Below, piece after piece: positions 1 to 14,332 of a DNA stretch of 64,000 nucleotides. The notes beneath the pieces are model-generated. The model had not been told where the DNA came from, made no database searches, and worked only from the letters and a program-made list of their open reading frames with translations. The DNA is from Blasia pusilla. Taxonomy: Eukaryota. The DNA lies in assembly GCA_050084515.1 (NCBI GenBank), contig CM114271.1, positions 5,704,001 to 5,768,000 of the forward strand. Direction: 5' to 3'. The first letter of the stretch is position 1. Each line of letters starts with the position of its first letter. Made by a program: the position numbers and the translations under genes.

Positions 1-1340
1 GCTAGAGAGCGGGATTGGATTCTACAGCGAGCTAGACGGTTCCGGTGGGAGGTCACACATATGTTGCAAGTGTGGGAGGATGGTAGAGTACGTGTAGTGC
101 CTCATCCTTCATAGAGAGCACGTTTGGTGGGTCATGCCCACAAAGAGTTGGATCATTTTGGAGTGAAGCGGACGTACAACTTGCTCTAAATATAGTATTG
201 GTGGTAAGGCCAGTAGCTTGACGTTCAACAGTTTGTTGCCATGTGCGGGCATCGTTCAATGCTCGAATCCACAATTGCATCCACTTCCGATCATGGGTTT
301 AGGTTATAGATGGAGTTTGGATTTTGCAAGACCTTTACCTTTGACGGAGCGCCATAGTCGTTATGTGTTGGTGATGGTCGAGCACTTCTCGAAGTGGATA
401 GAGTTGGTTGCATTGTTTGACAAAATGAGTAAGGGAGTAGCATATGCCTTCCTAGATTGAGTGTTGAGTCATTACGGTGCACCATATGAGGTGTTGACAA
501 ACCAAGATACCGAGTTTTGCGGGGAGTTTCAAGCCTTGTGTGATGAGGCGATGATCGACCAGTGCACCACTTTGCTAGATCATCCTCATGCGGATGGACT
601 AGCGGAGAGGGTTGTGCATACGGTGAAGAGAGGATAATACAAGTATGGCATGCAGAGAGGTCACATAGGAGATTGGGACCTCCAGTTTTTGTGGTTGGCG
701 ATGGGATATAGATTCAACAGGCACGCATCCTTAGCATCTTTCTCACCATATTTGCTACTTTATGGGCGAAAGCCTAATTTACCTACGGCCATTTGTCAAG
801 GTATTGGTGAGGTGTTGAAACTTGATGACCTTGATGTATGGATGCGAGCATGTTCTCATAGGAGTGAGGTTGTTTCGGAGATTGATGCCCATGGGGTTTG
901 AGAACTTGGCGATTGCGCAGCATCCGGATACGTTGAGGTATGTGACTACTCGGGAAGGTGGTTATCGACCTACTATCCGGAGGTTTCATCAGGGAGACTA
1001 TGTCTACTTGCATCAGATGGCACCCATGATGTTGGATGTGACTTCACGGCGCACTATCTTGAGAGTGCGTGAGATTTTGCCATGTGTTGTTATCTTATTG
1101 GAGGGATGCAATGGTATGGTTTGGAAGGACCATGTGCGTAATTGTGCGCCATGTCACCTTTCGAACATTGAAAATATAGTAGTTCCTGTAGGCTTACGAT
1201 GTATGTTGTGTGGTTATGGTTGTGGTGCAGTCACTATGCTAATCAATGATGGGTGTTCGAGAGGATGGCAAATGGCATGTTTGACGCCACCTCTCACTAG
1301 GGTTCCTCAAGGACGATGAATGTTTCCCAGATTTACATAT
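1..1340 (+). pseudogene. Ty3/Gypsy pol 3' end: integrase (HHCC zinc finger + DDE core) followed by a degenerate PHD finger; frameshifted
   Basis: Fragments LHPLPIMGLGYRWSLDFARPLP, YVLVMVEHFSKWIELVAL, HPHADGLAERVV and ASLASFSPYLLLYGRKP are integrase-like. C-terminal CMLC...MLINDGCSRGWQMACLTPPLTRVPQGR matches a C4HC3 PHD pattern. Confidence 0.9.
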
Positions 1341-1520
1341 AGTAGGTAGTTCTAGATTCCAACTTGTGTCAGTGACAACGATGAAAAGAAGGCAACTAAC
1401 GATGGGCCATATGAGCACCCGACCTTTTTGCTCTTAGCGTCCTAAAGATGTATGTCATAAAAGGTAGGGATATATGACTATCTGGAGTTAGAGGGACCTA
1501 ACCACCAGCTAGGGGGGCGA

Positions 1521-2226
1521 TTGGAGATATTTTGGTACTTCTCGCCTCTGTGTTTGGATGCCATGATTTAGCATGGGATCGTGCGTGTTTTTGTGTGTGT
1601 GTGTGTGTTCGATGACAGCGATGTATGTTGTGTAGCGATATGTATGAACACGATAAGTGTCATGTCTTTTAGGATATATCGGTGAGATCTAGTAGAGCGC
1701 CTTCGCGAGTAGTGGAGGACATCTGAGGAGGTCGAGGATGACTTGTTGAGGCCCCGGGAAACTTGAGAGAGCAAGTTTCCCCTTCATTTCAGCTCATTTG
1801 GGGCCATATTTAGAAACTTGCTATTTTGGGCAATTATCATTTTAAGAATATGATCAGTTTCTATTCTAGGAAGTATCCCTTACCTCCTACATCAGTTCAA
1901 GAGCCAAGGAGGTGATTTGGGAGCATAGGTTACCATGGAGAGAGCTTGATAGCTCATTCTCTTTTATTATACCTCTTGGCATGAGGTGGCGGAGCTATGG
2001 TCCTGCTTGTCTTGTGTGTGTAACCCAAGCCTCTCATTAGGAGAGTGGGTTTGGTTTGACATTGAGAGAGACATGTGAGAGTTATGGTGTTGTAAGAGAG
2101 ATTTGACCTTATTTTATTGGAGATATTTTGGTACTTCTCGCCCCTGTGTTTGGGTGCCATTAGTTAACATGGGATCGTGCGTGTTTGTGTGTGTGTTTGG
2201 TGATAGCGATGTGTATGAGCATGAAA
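1521..2226 (+). repeat. 3' terminal repeat block B1-A2-B2 of the integrase-PHD retroelement
   Basis: 1521-1655 and 2117-2226 are direct repeats (ttggagatattttggtacttctcgcc...). A2 starts TGTCATG at 1658 and the block ends CATGAAA at 2226. Confidence 0.85.
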
Positions 2227-2399
2227 AATATGCCGATAATTTTGGAAAGAATATCTGAAATGTTAACTTGGCCCAGTAAATTCTTCATTGCGTGGGCCTT
2301 AACAAGAGTGTGAAAATCCGCAATTCCGTTGACTATTTCCCTATGCATGCACTTGTGTAAATATATCTAGGATTCAAGGCTGAAGATAGATGAGAAGGT

Positions 2400-5000
2400 T
2401 CAGATCTGAATGAAATACTTTGGAGCAAGGTTGCATAAAAAAACTCGTTCCATTGATGGAGAGGGTGGAATTCAGTAAATTGAACAATACGATTTGTATG
2501 CAAGACAATATTTCAAAGATTTTATGAGGCAACAAACTTATTCATATTGACAAGGTAAACTTTGGATAATTCATAATATAACCAATACTCACAAAATGTG
2601 ATGTGATCAAGTTGTAGTGGCCGATTACAATACAGGATAATAGGATGAATGCAGGGAACATAAAACATTCTTGTACAAGGAGTTGCGACAGTGGGGGGGA
2701 TTGGAGTAACATAGTGAACAGTTTGGGAGCGATAAATAATTGGTATTTGCATAGAGGTTAATGAAAAATCTATCGAGGAAATATATCTATTGAGGACTAC
2801 TCCGGAAATTAACTTGAGCTTAATTTCATCTAATCCTCCTAATCCTAGGGAGCGTGCAGTGTCAATGTCAATGTCTAAGGATCTTGTTGGTTCATATTTA
2901 AGGGCATATTTTAGTAGATAGAAAGACTAGTCACTGTTTGTTACCCCTTTTATGTTCATGTTGGCTCCCCATAGTAGTAAAAGCAAAGGATGGTATGGTA
3001 TTACGTTACGATGGTCTAGAGATGGTTGATAATAGTTCCATCTCATGGTTTTTGGATCAATATATGGATGAATTTATCGGTTTGGAGATGAGGGAAAGCC
3101 AAGGTGGCAATATGGTTTTTTATTTCTTTTGCGTACAATGCAGACCCCCTCTTTACACCTATATAATGGATTATTTAAGACATATTGAGAAAGAAGGTCA
3201 TCTGAGGAAAGTGTTGACACCTCATATGATGTAGATGGAGTGGACTCATAGCTTAAAGAGATATAGGCAACTATCTCTGATGTTATGTTCTTTATATTTG
3301 ATTCATCAACCCATAGTATCATGTGGCAATGTAGGTTGCCTCGTCCCTATAGTTCATACCGAAGTAAATAATAGAGTACTCTACCAAGTATCTTTGGACC
3401 GCCAAATATGAAGTGCGTTAGAAAATATTGTAATCTTGTGTGTAAAAACTGGGCACATTCTCCACGTGCATCTTGCTATGTAAATGAGGCATTGAACTTT
3501 TTCAATATGAATTCTAGATCATCATACTCACTCCATTGTGTGGCTGACACTTCGACGGTTGTTAAGGTAAGGAAGAAGTGAGACATGCCCCATTTTTGGA
3601 CCATGGACTTGAGGTCTTTCAAATGTCTACGGTGCCAGGAGGGGCTACGTGGTAATTGAGGACTGATGGAGTACTTTGATAAGTGGTAAAAGAGATCCTC
3701 CTTAGGAAGATCAGGTTTGTCTCTCCTCAATTTGTCTAATTCTCGGTTCAAAATGAAGGATCGGCTTGTAGAGCATAACACTATGGATTGCCTCAGTTGA
3801 TGCATTAATAAGGAGTATGGTTTATAGAGAGAGAATATGCTAAATTATTGTCTTGAACGGTTGTGAATGTAGTCTAAGAATGTCGAATCTCCTGTGTAGT
3901 ACCCACGTAAATATGGGAAAAAAAATGGAAACAGACTTGTTTCTATAGTGAGTTGTGGGTCTAATGAGGTACCTGTATTATCCATGAGAAGACTCTCACG
4001 AGTTGAGGAGTTCTCACGCAAATACAAGCTTCCATTGTAAAATATGTCTGCAGAAGTTCTCTTCTTAACAGGTAATGAGTAGGCCACATCTTGCAAAATA
4101 ATCAGTTCATGATGGTAGGGATCATGGTGCATGCGCATGTTGTGAGTGACCTAGCCATTCTCTTGGGATTGTTTGAGTACTCCTTCTATTGATTTAGAGG
4201 GAAAAACAACTAGACCACATAAAGGATGTGGAAGTTCTAGTAAAGTCTTGTAAGTTTTATATAGCTTGTTAACCCTCATGTTAATTGAGAGAATTTATTT
4301 TATAACATGATCAAATTGCAATGTAAGAAGAGGATCACGATTATGCATGTTAAATCCAACAAGAGGAGAATCAAGAAGGGAAGAAAGAGTGAAAAATCCC
4401 TTGTGGAAGCCATTATACTTGGCTTCAATACCTATGCATAAGTCTACAATTGACAGAAGTTGAAGCTCAAGGGGATTGACACTCAATATGCGCCTAATAT
4501 AGGCAGGTGTCATGTAAACATAAAGGGTAGTTCGTGGTGTTCTTGATGTACATTGTTCACAGACATGAAAGTAAGCTGGATGTGGTATAGTGTAGTCTTT
4601 CAAAAAGCCATTGCATAATGCATATGACGCGTAGGATGTAGACTTGGTGATTGACATCTTACTCAGAGGATTGCTATAAAGAACTTAGCCACAATAGCCA
4701 CAAAATTATAGCATTTTTAATGTCCTTGAACATTCATGTTTCCATTTGAGTAGGTGTTCACTAGAGGCTGACCAAGCATAGCAATGAGTCTACATGCAAG
4801 CTTCCTATTCAAGGATATCTTTGCACAGATACAAATTCTATGCAGTCTCAACCTTTCCTTATTAAAGGTAGAGGGCTTCCTAAAGATGTTAGATCGAGTC
4901 CTTAAGTAAGTCTAGTGGTTATCAGTAGCCATTGGATTTTGCACTTGCCTCCTATGATAATGTCAAGCTTGCTATTGGTAAAATAGAAGTGTAGCATGAA
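2400..5000 (-). mobile_element. Degenerate Helitron Rep (RepHel N-terminal) remnant
   Basis: ORF pieces QLPRSPSWHRRHLKDLKSMVQKWGMSHFFLTLT (Rep motif-1 region) and IETSLFPFFFPYLRGYY; many stops; boundaries approximate. Confidence 0.75.
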
Positions 5001-7207
5001 TTTGGAATGACCCTCTACATATTATTACCTCTACATACAAATTTCACTCTGGTGGTCTGGTATATGGGTGGAATAATTGAATTCAAAGAAGTAGTTGTGA
5101 TGTTCCAGGCTTAAGGGTACTTTATGGTAAGGTTTACTACAAGTGTGGTTTAATACTTCTGATTTTTTAACATCAGTACTTAAGTCACTAAATACTATAA
5201 TTGGTTCCTACATAAATGGCAAAAACCCTGAACTCACTACCTGAGTACTGGAAGTAAGGAGAGGAATACGGAGAATGGAGCCTCATAATAGATTACATGT
5301 ACAAGAGCACACTATAAACATATAAGAAAGTAGTCAAGTTGAAGTAAAACTTAACTAATGAAGGCGTGAATGATGAACAAACATGAATTTGTGACTCGAG
5401 TAGTAATAGAACCGACCTGCTTTGCACTTCAAAATGGTTGACTTCTGGAGAGGAAAAGGAAAACAAGCTGAAACAGAAGAGAGGAAGTAAACCAACACCA
5501 GAGATCACATAAATGTGGTCAATCTTGGGTCTCTCGTGGTAGTACAAGTATGTGTGTGATTCAGGAGAATCCAAAGAAATCTCTATTAGTTGTCATTATT
5601 GTCAACCTCAGATAGATATAAAATAGAGTTAGGTCAAAGGTTTTGAGTTCATAGTTTAGCATTAAAAAAACGTGTGTTTGTAACGGTAGTCATTGGATGT
5701 ACCAATGATAAAGACTCAAATCAAGGAGTTTTGAGAATTGTGCACATGGTGCCGAGAAGTGAAATGAGCAGGATGTGGACTGTGAGAAGATTTTGAAATC
5801 TGCAGAGTCGTGGACATCTAGCTAGGAGCTAGTGAACCCTCATTGAAGTATTCATTGAAGCTTTAGGAAAGCAATTGGATGGAGTAATCCTGGGTGAGCT
5901 TGAGCATGACAAGAGCTAGCCTTTCACCTTTACCAAGACTTCTTATATTGTTGATTGTCAAGTAAGACTCTACACCTTGGTGTTTTACAACTAATGCGGA
6001 TGTGACTAAGTTGGGATACCGTCCATCAACTTGATTGATCCTGCACATCGACTACAGAGCAAAAAAATAGTCTAGACATTCTGAGTAGTAGATAGAGGTA
6101 TAGAATTTTAACTCAAGAGGTTCATCGACCTCGTTTAGTAGGCGCTTTCAACCATCCAAGAACATGGATAGCACTCTCTTCCATTGCTAATAATATGTAT
6201 GGATTTTGTGACCAAGTGTAAGTCTACACTCACACTTACACGGTGGATGTAGGCTATCTGCTGTATGTTGAAAATGAAAGCAGACTCATAGAGGAATCTA
6301 CCCTTGATAACCCTAGGATTAAACCCTTGGTAGTGCATCAAAATTTCTTCTTATGTGCTTGTGACACTCGACACCAAACGTCGAAGGCTCTAGAGATGTT
6401 GCTACACTTGAGATACTCATAATCATAGACCTGCATTGAAAGTTGGAAGTTGTCAAAGACAAGGTGGTGTGTGTGATGAGGAAGAATGGTGACTACTCTA
6501 CATACTTATAATTGAAGCAACATATGATTGATAAGGGCACCAACTATGACAATAAAAAACAACAAGGAAAGTCAAACGATGTAAAAGAAAGGTGACAAAA
6601 AGTCGCAAGACACTTCACAACGGACGATTGGTGTGAGGAATCCTTCTGTTGATCTAGAATTTGCCTATTTATGATTGCTGATGAGGAAATGCGAATTGCC
6701 TTTTGTGCACATGGGTCACCAATCTGATCGTGCATTTGGATTTCCTCAGTTCTGAGCTACACAGATGGTGCATTCTACTTCGATTAAGGAGCAGACACAA
6801 AATCCAACATTAGAGTTTCCCATGACGAAAGTTCGCAGGTGCTTAAGGTCTCAAGGGAACTACTTCAGGGGCATTCTCCTACTATATTTGACGATATCGT
6901 TGCCATATTGGAAAAGGGACATCAAGAAAACATTAAACAATAGGAAAAACAAGTCATAAGAGATGATGACAGAGCGAGGAGTTTCTACTCCAATCGGGAA
7001 ACAATAACATGATGGACTCGCAAAGCTATCTCGCTCACAAGAGTCAAAGAATCGGCCATTACAAGTTCATCAAAAGATGGTGACTATGACCAACAATGTT
7101 AGGTCTATTTGGCTCTTATCGTTGTGGTATCCATGTAGTGCATATCACTGCCGAGTGATAGAAACACGATGACTTTGAGTACTCCGAGGGCTGCTAAGAA
7201 CATCGAG

Positions 7208-7211
<4 letters not shown>

Positions 7212-7286
<75 letters not shown>
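7212..7286. repeat. (GA)n microsatellite
   Basis: Directly visible. Confidence 0.98.
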
Positions 7287-7287
<1 letters not shown>

Positions 7288-8729
7288 GGTGAAAAAGAGG
7301 AGGAGAACCAAGAAGCTCCAAGTAAGTAAGAGACCTGATCAACAAGAGAAACCTCAAAATCCGTAGAGCAAAGGCTCGCGCGAAGATGTTCATCAGAGAA
7401 AGTAGCGAAGAAGATCCCGAAAGCATAAGGCGCCCAAAAGGTTTAAGAAAATCAGGAGAGTAAAATGCCCGGAAGAAGACCCATTTTAATTGAGTTCTCA
7501 AAGAGCAAGATCTCGAGAACACAAAGCCGCGGAAAGTGTGAAGGAACAGAACCGCGTCGATCTAAAGAGAACAAAATGCCACAAAAAATAGCAAATGTGA
7601 AGTCGATGCAATCGATGTATAGAGCGCGCAACAATTTCATAAAATACAAAGAAAGAAAGAAAGAAAGAAAGAAATTAGGAAACACGCTTGGAATGGAGAC
7701 GGAAAAGAAAGGTCTCTCTCTTGTATCCGTATATTGAGGCGAATATGAGCTATGTTTTGAACGTAGGAGTAAATTTTTATGGAGAATCCGATGAGCACGC
7801 TCCAAGCGAGATGGTCCATGCAACATGCAACAACGATCAAGAGATAAAATTGAAACGACGGCTTCCTACACTCCCTGCATTGTTTCCGCACAAACTAGGA
7901 GAGTGTTGTAGTACTCCCTACAAACATAGTGGAACGGTAGTGCTAATAAACATTTGCTACATATGCAAAAAGTCTAGGTGGAGTGCTTCCCTGCCCAGAT
8001 AAGAGACGAATGATTTCCCTAAACAACATTTATAGCACAGTCCCTAAACAACATTTAATTAAGGCGTAGTCCCTAACCAACATTTAATTTAAGGCCTACT
8101 TGTAGGGGCCGTAAGTAATGTGGATGAGATATCAAGACTATCTTTTTTTGTAATTCCACTTTTTTATGCATTAGTAGTGCATGTCATAGTGCTGGCCCAT
8201 GGTAAATATTTATGTATCCCTACCCAATTTTGTTTGATCCCATGACATGTACAATATATGTAAAGTGTGGCTGTGTCTACCTAGTTGAAATGCAAATCTA
8301 CATGTTGATGGATGAAAATTGGCAAAGCCTTGGCCTAACCATTCTTGAACCCAACCCATTTCGATACTACTATGAATATTTAAAGATCATATAATGATTG
8401 AGACAGAGATCAAACAATTGGATATGACAAAATTTGGGTATCCTTTCACTTGTGGCAAGACTCCAATGTTATTAATGTCCAATCCAACCTGAGATGCAAA
8501 TCTACATGTGGATGGTTGAAAATTGACCATGTCTGGGCCTATTCGTGTTTTTTAATATTTCCATTTCAAAGCTACTATGAATATTTAAAGTTAAAATATA
8601 CATTTAAACGGAGACAAAATAATTGCTCATGATCAAGATAATATTTTGATACCCTTTTACTTGCGGTAAGATGCAAATGGATATCAATGTCTAATCCAAG
8701 ATTTGGAACTAAATTGCGAAACTCTAAGT

Positions 8730-9660
8730 GTTTGGAGTTATTAATGAAATCCACCGTTCTTAGGTTAGGGTTAAAAATTTGGTGACATGAAGGCACTTGA
8801 GTAATCTTTCACACCTGACTGTACAACATTGTGTTCGTTGGCCACCGCAACTTTGGACGGCCCCACCCAAACTTTAACTATTTGAAGTAATTTTTATACT
8901 CCAATGTTCAGAGGGGTAGGTCATGTGGTTATCGATGGAGGCACTTGGGTATCCTTTGAAAACTACATCAAGATAAATGTGGTTGTTGAAAATAACGGTG
9001 TTTGACTTATGTGTATGAACTTTGATAATTTGGAGTAATTTTTGTACTCAAGTGTTCAGAGGGGTAGGTACAAATAGTGACTTAATGAAGGCACTTAGAT
9101 ACACTTTCACACTTTCATATACATCAATGTACTCGTTGGCCAGAGAGGATTTGGAAAGACCTACACAAACTTTGACTATTCGGAGTTATTGGTGTACTCT
9201 AGTGTTCATAGGGTATGATTATTTGGTTATCAATGGAGGCAGTTAGGTATCATTTGAAACTCACGTGGAGACAAATGTGGTTGTTGGAAATTTCTTTTTT
9301 TGGACTTCCGTGCGTGAACTATAGTAATTTATAGTATTTTTTATACTCAAGTGTTCAGAGGGTAATGTAAAAAAAAGTGAATCAATGGAGACACTGTGGC
9401 ATACCCTTTTGACATCTTTGTGGAGACAAATGTGGTCATTTGAAACGGATATGGCTTTGGACTCCCATGCATGAACCTTATTTATTTAGGATAATTTGTG
9501 TAGTGCCGGTGTTTAGAGGGCATGATACAAAAAGTGACTCAATGCATGCACTTGGGTATACCCTTGCACACCTACTTGGAGGCAAATGAGGCCATTAGCC
9601 ATGATGGCATTGGACATTGAACGCTCCAACTCCGACTATTTGGAGTTATTGGTGTATTTG
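8730..9660. repeat. Diverged ~150-bp tandem repeat array (about 6 units)
   Basis: Recurring tttggagtaatt...tactcaagtgttcagagggg...aatggaggcacttgggtat...gagacaaatgtggt motifs at about 150-bp spacing. Confidence 0.8.
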
Positions 9661-10399
9661 ATTGCTCACACTACATGGCCGTGAGAAACCGTGTCTTTGG
9701 AATGCCATTTGTATAACGTCTACTATATAATCTGACATTTAGACATCCACTCAAAACCAGACTAGAAATTCAGCCAGTGCACCAATAGTAAAGTCAGAAA
9801 ATTGATGTTATGGATTTCAATTTGTGTGTTTGATGTAGATTGTAATATGCGTCTTGAATTTTTGCATGAGGTTTCCCAACGCCTCGGAAAATAGCATCTT
9901 ACACTTATCGGAAGAGTCACGTGACATTTGGATGCAAGGGTTGAAGTATCCTACTTATAGCTTCATGATCTAACTTTGTTTAAATTTCCTTAAACTTAAA
10001 ATTTTCTTTTCGGTTGAAGGGTGGTAGAGAATTTGGTCTGCACCCACGTCTTCTATGTAGAACTTCAACCCAATCCATCTTCCTTCTCAAACAATCGATC
10101 CATTGGCACATATGCTACAAATCTTTATGGACGTTGTAGACTACGTCATGAAAGTTAGAGGGTGCTAACTTTGATATAATTTGAACATTAAATCTCATAG
10201 TGCTAAATCTCATATTGATTTGATATTAATAAAAAAAGAATGATTTTTAATCAATAAACTTTGCATGCCAATTATATGCACACAATTTTCTATAAAAAAT
10301 TTCAATACATAAATGACATCCTAACTATATCAAACACATACCATATTCTAATTGATATCAAAATGATGTAGCTCCAAGTTTTGTGATGTAATAGACTTA

Positions 10400-12730
10400 A
10401 TGTTGGAAGTACACCCGCGTTGGACTCACTTTTGGCCTTGTAGATGAGCAAGGATTCGTACAATAACTTCATTTATTGTAAAGTGCGATCAAGTATAGTT
10501 TGCTTGCATTGAGCATCTTGAATGTATTCTATGATTTGCTGAAATATTTGTTGAATATCATGAGCAATACATTTTCCCATGCTGATGCTCCCATCGTCAT
10601 GAGTTTCATCATATGGAAATAAGTAACTTGCGTAGTCAACATTGATATCATGAGAGTCAAAAGGCGTAGACCCGCTTGAGGCTTTCATGAGGCTTTGAAC
10701 ACCACTTGCGTTTGTTCCACATTTTGTGCCAAGATATAAGAGGATTTGGATTTTTTTATGGCCGGACAATAGAAGACACTCACCGGCACATCATCGGAGT
10801 ATGGTTATGTTTAGTTGCAACTGGAGAACCTAGAATGCATTTTCTTGTTGTCTTGATTGTAGAAAGCATATAATAGACCTTTTTTATCAAGAGAAGCCAA
10901 TTCAATTGCACGATTATCTGGTGCTTGCACGTGAATCCTTCTTGAGCATAAGGACATGTCCATGCCGTAACTTTCGAATCGTAGTCCCAAATAGAGTGGA
11001 AAAGATAGGCTTTGTCTTACTTTGTACCTTGGCATATTTTCTAATTTCTTGCAATTCAAACACAATTGAAATATGTTCATCATGAATAGCTTTGGCATTC
11101 TATATGGTCATCCTCATTCTTCATAGATGGCCTTGTTCCACACCCTACCCTCAGACTTTAAGAGGGCCATATACTAGAAGAAGTATTCAATCTCATTGAT
11201 TAGAATGGACAATAGCCAAATAATGGACCGAGTATGGCTTGATTGCGCAAAGATGCATTTTCAAGGTAACATGTCACCTTTCTATTGCTGCATTTGTATC
11301 TCGGGAAGGTATGGCTTCTATGCAATACCCCTTTGCCCATGTGGAAAAATTGGGATATCAATAAAAAACACAATATTTCATGAAGTGCATCCCTGAATTG
11401 GCATACTTGTGGATGAACTTGATAGATTGTTGGGTTGGATCTGCAATGAACATGCGATCTTCATCACATAAAAGATATCTAGTGTATATTCATATGCAAT
11501 GCTTCCGCTCGAACTTTGATGCTCGTGAGAACTTCAACAACCTTTTTATGAGTGTGGCATTGGAGATTAGCCCAAACCATAGGTAGATTCAATTTTTGAA
11601 TGCATCAAACCCAAGGAAAATGAAGTACTGGTATTGTCATACAAGAAAAAAAAAAGTTTTAGTATGACATTCTCACGAGAGTTTGTTGAAGCTACTCTAA
11701 ATACTTGCAGAAAACATTGTATTCCGAAAGTTTAGGAGGAGAATACCATTTATTTGGAAAACCACAATAACACTTAGAAAATTGTTTATTCAACTATGAT
11801 TGTTTTTAGTAAAATATGCAAGATTCTAAAAAGAAGGAGCATACAAAGGAATAAAGTTATGTATCAACTTACCTTGTACATGTTGATTCCATGGGTGGCA
11901 TCCATGCTAATGGCACCATCATCTCCAAATCGAATGAGATTATGTGGCATCCATGATGTTGAAAATACAAGACAAAATGATTTATTGGTGACGGAGTCAA
12001 AGGGTTTGTAAAGCAATCCATGATCCGGGTGTCTTTGAACCCACGTCTGAATCGTTGTTGCATCATATGTGGTGTCGTATCCGCCTTCTCCACTTCTCAT
12101 TGCATTCTTACTTTTTAGAATATATTAATGCATGAGTAAGGTGCCTCTTGCTAGAGTTTTATTTCTAGAAATGTTGTTTCCCATACAATATCTGATCCAC
12201 TTTGTATGCATTTTCATGATGTGGCGGGAAGAGATACTCACATGTAGCAGACGTTCCACAAAGTCTCTATGTGTAGTGGTCAACTTTGGGGCTAGGTTCA
12301 CATTGCACACGGTAAAAGTCTCATCTATATCGTTGTGATAGTATCTACCATCTTTATCTATGTGGTGGACTTGAAGGAAATGAATTAGCATCATACCACA
12401 TCTATCATAAGGAGATACTGTAACAAAATGACATTAGCATCCCCTTCCTTGCGTTAAACCTAATTGTTTGAGTTGGCTCTTCAGTCTACTACCCTTCCCA
12501 GTATGTTTCCGAATATTTTCATTAAAGCTTAGAGGGGGCAAGTCCTTCCAAACCATCTTGCGCCAATTGATCCTGTGGTCAATAGGCATACCAGTAGTAC
12601 ATGGTCAACCCTTGAATGTGCTTCAAGTCAAACCTCTATTTTGTTGAAGTGTGTTTGGAAATAAACCATTCGCTCCTCACATGATTAAAAAATCAAGGAA
12701 ATGGGAGGCTTCTATCCATACCTCCTTCAT
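10400..12730 (-). mobile_element. Degenerate Mutator-like (MULE) transposase
   Basis: FCLVFSTSWMPHNLIRFGDDGAISMDATHGINMYK resembles the MULE catalytic xDxTx region; intron-like AT-rich gaps, stops and frameshifts. Confidence 0.75.
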
Positions 12731-13712
12731 AGGGCCATAAAAGCTAAGAGCATTCCCGTTTAATGATCCATTTTTTAATGACATCATAGCGCATATATAG
12801 AGTAGAGTTGAACTGAATTTCAAACATTGTGGGACAAAATTCATTTAGTATTCGAAGGTAGACGCTAAATAAATAGAGTTCACGTCCGAGGTCATGTGCA
12901 AATGGTCCAATGGTCCTTGGTGAGTGACAAACCCATGACCGTGCTTGACAAATATAAACGAAGCACGGAAGCCCCAAATGGCACAAATGGACACTAATCG
13001 ATCTATTCACGCCTTGCATTTCCAGGTAGAAATCCACATAAAGAGCATATGATAGGCCCTAAAGCCTTAGAAGGTGAACAAAAGAGGCTTCAACACGGAT
13101 GTCAAATGGCGATAGGAAACCTTCAAGACAAAACGCATAGCTTACCTAATAGTCAGAAAAGATTTCCAAGTTTAGAGCTATTCAACACAAGGAGTCCGCA
13201 TTCTCGAGCTCCACGATTGTCGCCACTATCCACTAATGTCCCCATGGTCGACCACTGTTCCTCAAAATCTCGCCTCTGACTTGCAAAACTTGCATTAGGT
13301 AAAAGCAAGATGCTTATCCCCATTTCCCACGACCTAAACCTCGCACAACCCTTGGAGGGGGCTAAACGCGGTTTGTCATGGACCCTGTTTGTATGCGGTC
13401 TAGCCGAAATCCTAGTCGTGGTCTTGTCGGACGCCATTGCGCTTCAAACCTCACCAGGAGACACCAAAGTTAGGGCTATTAGATCGACCAACCCATGCGA
13501 AAAAAAACATATTAGTTTGATTCTCCTATTAGACGACCCTAAATCCGATTGGATCCGTGCCTTAAAGTTGTGCCCACTGCAAGGCGCCTTGATGGCCTAC
13601 CCAGTGACTGTCATGGCCTTTGAAAAAAACTTATAGACTTAAAATTAAACTTGAATGTAATAAAACAATCCATACCAATGTTATTACGTCACAAAAAGCC
13701 GATTATAAGAGA

Positions 13713-13958
13713 TATAATATCTTTAAAAAATTACAATGAATATTTGTTTATAATTCTATAGAATGAAAAGAGGATGGGATTAGAGAAACCCTCATCCGAT
13801 GTTGATACCTGTCATTTAAACTTTCTTCCGATGTTGACATGGGTCAGGATTAACTAAACTAACTGGACTAAGAATTTAACAAATGCCTAGAATGCCTTTC
13901 CTCTTTTCATTCAATTATAAGGCAAATATTCATTAATTTTTAAAGAAAGACTATTATA
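13713..13958. mobile_element. MITE-like element with ~60-bp imperfect terminal inverted repeats
   Basis: aatgaatatttgtttataatt...gaatgaaaagagga pairs with tcctcttttcattc...aattataaggcaaatattcatt. Similar internal motifs (gacatgtgtcaac, aaacccatcctc) recur near 22440-22515 and 25780-25890. Confidence 0.6.
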
Positions 13959-14324
13959 ATGCTTTATGTCATTTGGGAGAGTGCAAGTTTAATTTTTTTG
14001 ATTTGCAAACACCTCTTTGACAAGTGACAATCCGATAGTAAAAAAATATTTTCTATTCTTCAAAAAAAAATAAAAATTCCGCTTATATATTCAACATTTT
14101 TTTTTTATGCCCAACATGATTGGTCCATTCACTCCCGTGCATGATCATACCAAAATCCATTCCAATAATATTTCTCCTCCAACGACTTAGAAAAAGGCGA
14201 ATTAGAAAAAGGCTATGCGAATTTAAGGGCTCTTGACGCCCAAAATCTCGAACGGGAAGATACAATAGTGAAACGACGGCCGTCGGCTCGTGTCGGAAAA
14301 ACCGGGAAACCCAGCTGTCTCACA

Positions 14325-14332
14325 AAACCCTA
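14325..14332 (+). promoter_or_regulatory. Telo-box (AAACCCTA) upstream of the snoRNA cluster
   Basis: Exact motif at an AT-rich to GC-rich transition; telo-boxes are typical of plant snoRNA and ribosome-biogenesis promoters. Confidence 0.55.

Noticed and set aside
7105-7522. ORFs with ERERER/SLSLSL runs (also 42212-42661)
   Set aside because: Translations of (GA)n microsatellites.
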